This document shows, in pieces, positions 18,718-20,000 of a DNA stretch of 20,000 nt (positions within the stretch are counted from its first letter, which is position 1; the number at the start of each line of letters is the position of its first letter). The notes under the pieces were generated by a model. The model searched no databases and was not told where the DNA came from. It saw nothing but the letters and a program-made list of their open reading frames with translations. Origin of the DNA: an uncultured virus (IMG/VR IMGVR_UViG_3300009008_000008) (taxonomy: Duplodnaviria > Heunggongvirae > Uroviricota > Caudoviricetes); the IMG/VR virus record IMGVR_UViG_3300009008_000008, positions 108,048 through 128,047 of that record; one strand, given 5' to 3'. The position numbers and the translations under genes were made by a program.

Positions 18718-19352
18718 GAGGATTTGGACATGAGATTGCGTGATAACATACGAACAGGAATGGAGATGGGAATGAACCAAGCGATTGTGTTGGACGACAC
18801 TATCCAGGTTCGCGGTGCCGTCCGTGCAATGTTCTGGGACTACGAGAGCCCTGACAGTGATCGGATCGTGGGCCAGGGTATCTGTCATGAAAAGACCAAC
18901 CTGATTGTGAACCTGGCCCGGAAGGCGCTGGCACACCTCGTTGCTGAGGGTGAAGGCGTGTACGTGGTCAACACGTTCAAATTGGGTACTCAAGGTCACA
19001 GCGGTACGGATATTTTGACCCCAGTGGATCCGACCGTGACTGACACCGGGCTGATTGATGGAGCACCTTTTTCCAAGGCCATCACAACCCTTGAATACTT
19101 GCCGGTAGGCAATGAAACATCAGTGAAGTTCACGATCCCCGTGGAAAAGGCAGAGGCGAACGGTGGTGGCGGTGGATCCGTCGCATATACCGAGGCCGGG
19201 TTGTTTTCGACAAACGGGAACCTCTTTGCGCGGGAGACCTTTCCTGCGATCGTGAAAAACGCCAATCGCAAGGTTACCTTTGAGTGGACCTTGCTGTTTT
19301 AACAAAGGAACCGTCCACTTTCAGGGTTATCGCTAGGTTTGTCCAAATCCTC
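18718..19352. repeat. 13-bp perfect inverted repeat bracketing the collar gene
   Basis: gaggatttggaca (18718-18730) is the reverse complement of tgtccaaatcctc (19340-19352). Confidence 0.85.
18730..19302 (+). CDS. Tail-collar / fibre-attachment protein (DUF3751-like stand-alone domain)
   Basis: NLIVNLARKALAHLV...FKLGT...TDTGL...EANG...YTEAGLFSTNGNLFARETFPAIVK...FEWTLLF resembles tail-collar/fibre N-terminal domains. SD GAGGA at 18718-18722 favours ATG 18730; ATG 18772 is an alternative. Confidence 0.7.
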   Translation: MRLRDNIRTGMEMGMNQAIVLDDTIQVRGAVRAMFWDYESPDSDRIVGQGICHEKTNLIVNLARKALAHLVAEGEGVYVVNTFKLGTQGHSGTDILTPVDPTVTDTGLIDGAPFSKAITTLEYLPVGNETSVKFTIPVEKAEANGGGGGSVAYTEAGLFSTNGNLFARETFPAIVKNANRKVTFEWTLLF

Positions 19353-19396
19353 GTTACTCCGGAGTAGACACCGCCAACTAATAGGAGATCCAACGA

Positions 19397-20000
19397 ATGT
19401 CTGTTTTTACAGTGAACCCTCAGTGGGTCATGAACGGGGAGCCAGCCTCTGGTTCACCTGACGGTGTAACCCCGTCTGGTAACCTCAACCGGGCTGTTAA
19501 CCTTGTCAATGAGAACACCAAATACCTCAAAGACCGCCTGGATGTGTCTGTCGAAGAGAACGGTGACCTGAAAGCCAGTAAGGTCCTCGAACACCTCGAC
19601 GAAACCACCGGCATTACCAACGCCAAGGTTGCGACCGGCGCCGCCATTGCCGAGGCCAAATTGGCTCTGTCTATCACAGGGCAGAACCGAGTTGGCGGCG
19701 GAACCTTCTCCGCACTCTCCGAGGTCGCCACCGATCTGCAAACCGTCTACGACCAGATCGGTCTGAGCGTGATGGGTCGGGAAGAGTTCGAGATGATCGC
19801 CGCCCAAGCCCGTGAGCAATACGCCGGCTCCGGTTTCATCGAATGGGGGAAACATCACTCGTCCGCCAGCCACCCCCCGATGGGGGAAGGTCTCTGGTCC
19901 TGGGGCTCCGGCACCCTCACCCAGCAACTCTACCTGGGACGTAGCGTATCATCCTTCGGCGGCGAGAGCCGAGCCGAGTTCCCAGTCCTCAACGTCAACG
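19397..20000 (+). CDS. Fibritin-like / tail-fibre protein (3'-partial; absent from the ORF track)
   Basis: SD TAGGAG at 19382-19387, ATG 19397, open to the window end: MSVFTVNPQWVMNGEPASGSPDGVTPSGNLNRAVNLVNENTKYLKDRL...MGREEFEMIAAQAREQYAGSGFIEWGKH. The N-terminus resembles T4 fibritin (WIKNGE...G.MNRP.V.V..N) and fibre N-termini. Confidence 0.78.
   Translation, partial: MSVFTVNPQWVMNGEPASGSPDGVTPSGNLNRAVNLVNENTKYLKDRLDVSVEENGDLKASKVLEHLDETTGITNAKVATGAAIAEAKLALSITGQNRVGGGTFSALSEVATDLQTVYDQIGLSVMGREEFEMIAAQAREQYAGSGFIEWGKHHSSASHPPMGEGLWSWGSGTLTQQLYLGRSVSSFGGESRAEFPVLNVN

Noticed and set aside
18653..19396. T4 late promoter (TATAAATA) or clear sigma70 promoter in the spacers
   Set aside because: No convincing match in either intergenic region.
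328..19927. Many minus-strand and alternate-frame ORFs (e.g. 2587-3324, 6820-7404, 19454-19927)
   Set aside because: They overlap long, motif-supported + strand genes and look like antisense shadows of biased or low-complexity codons; none has a recognisable motif.
1..20000. Alternative genetic code (stop-codon reassignment as in some large phages)
   Set aside because: Genes are full length under code 11, and TAA, TAG and TGA all end genes right at the next start.

Overview
All 12 credible genes are on the + strand and form one tightly coupled virion-structure operon of a large contractile-tailed (T4-like/jumbo myovirus-type) phage. In order: a 5'-truncated tape-measure-like protein carrying an intact T4-type (GH24) lysozyme domain, a probable tube initiator, a gp53-like LysM wedge protein, a gp27-like hub, a lysozyme-less gp5/VgrG-like spike, a Cys-rich PAAR tip, an unknown 466-aa protein, gp25, gp6, a 2439-aa gp7/P2-gpI-like wedge protein built of about six ~290-aa super-repeats, a tail-collar-like protein, and a 3'-truncated fibritin/tail-fibre-like gene missing from the ORF track. 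The most unusual features are (i) the giant acidic repeat architecture of the wedge protein and (ii) long-range complementarity between the only two sizeable spacers, which brackets the collar gene and covers its ribosome-binding site and the first base of its start codon. All assignments are from motif recognition and synteny by eye; no searches were run.
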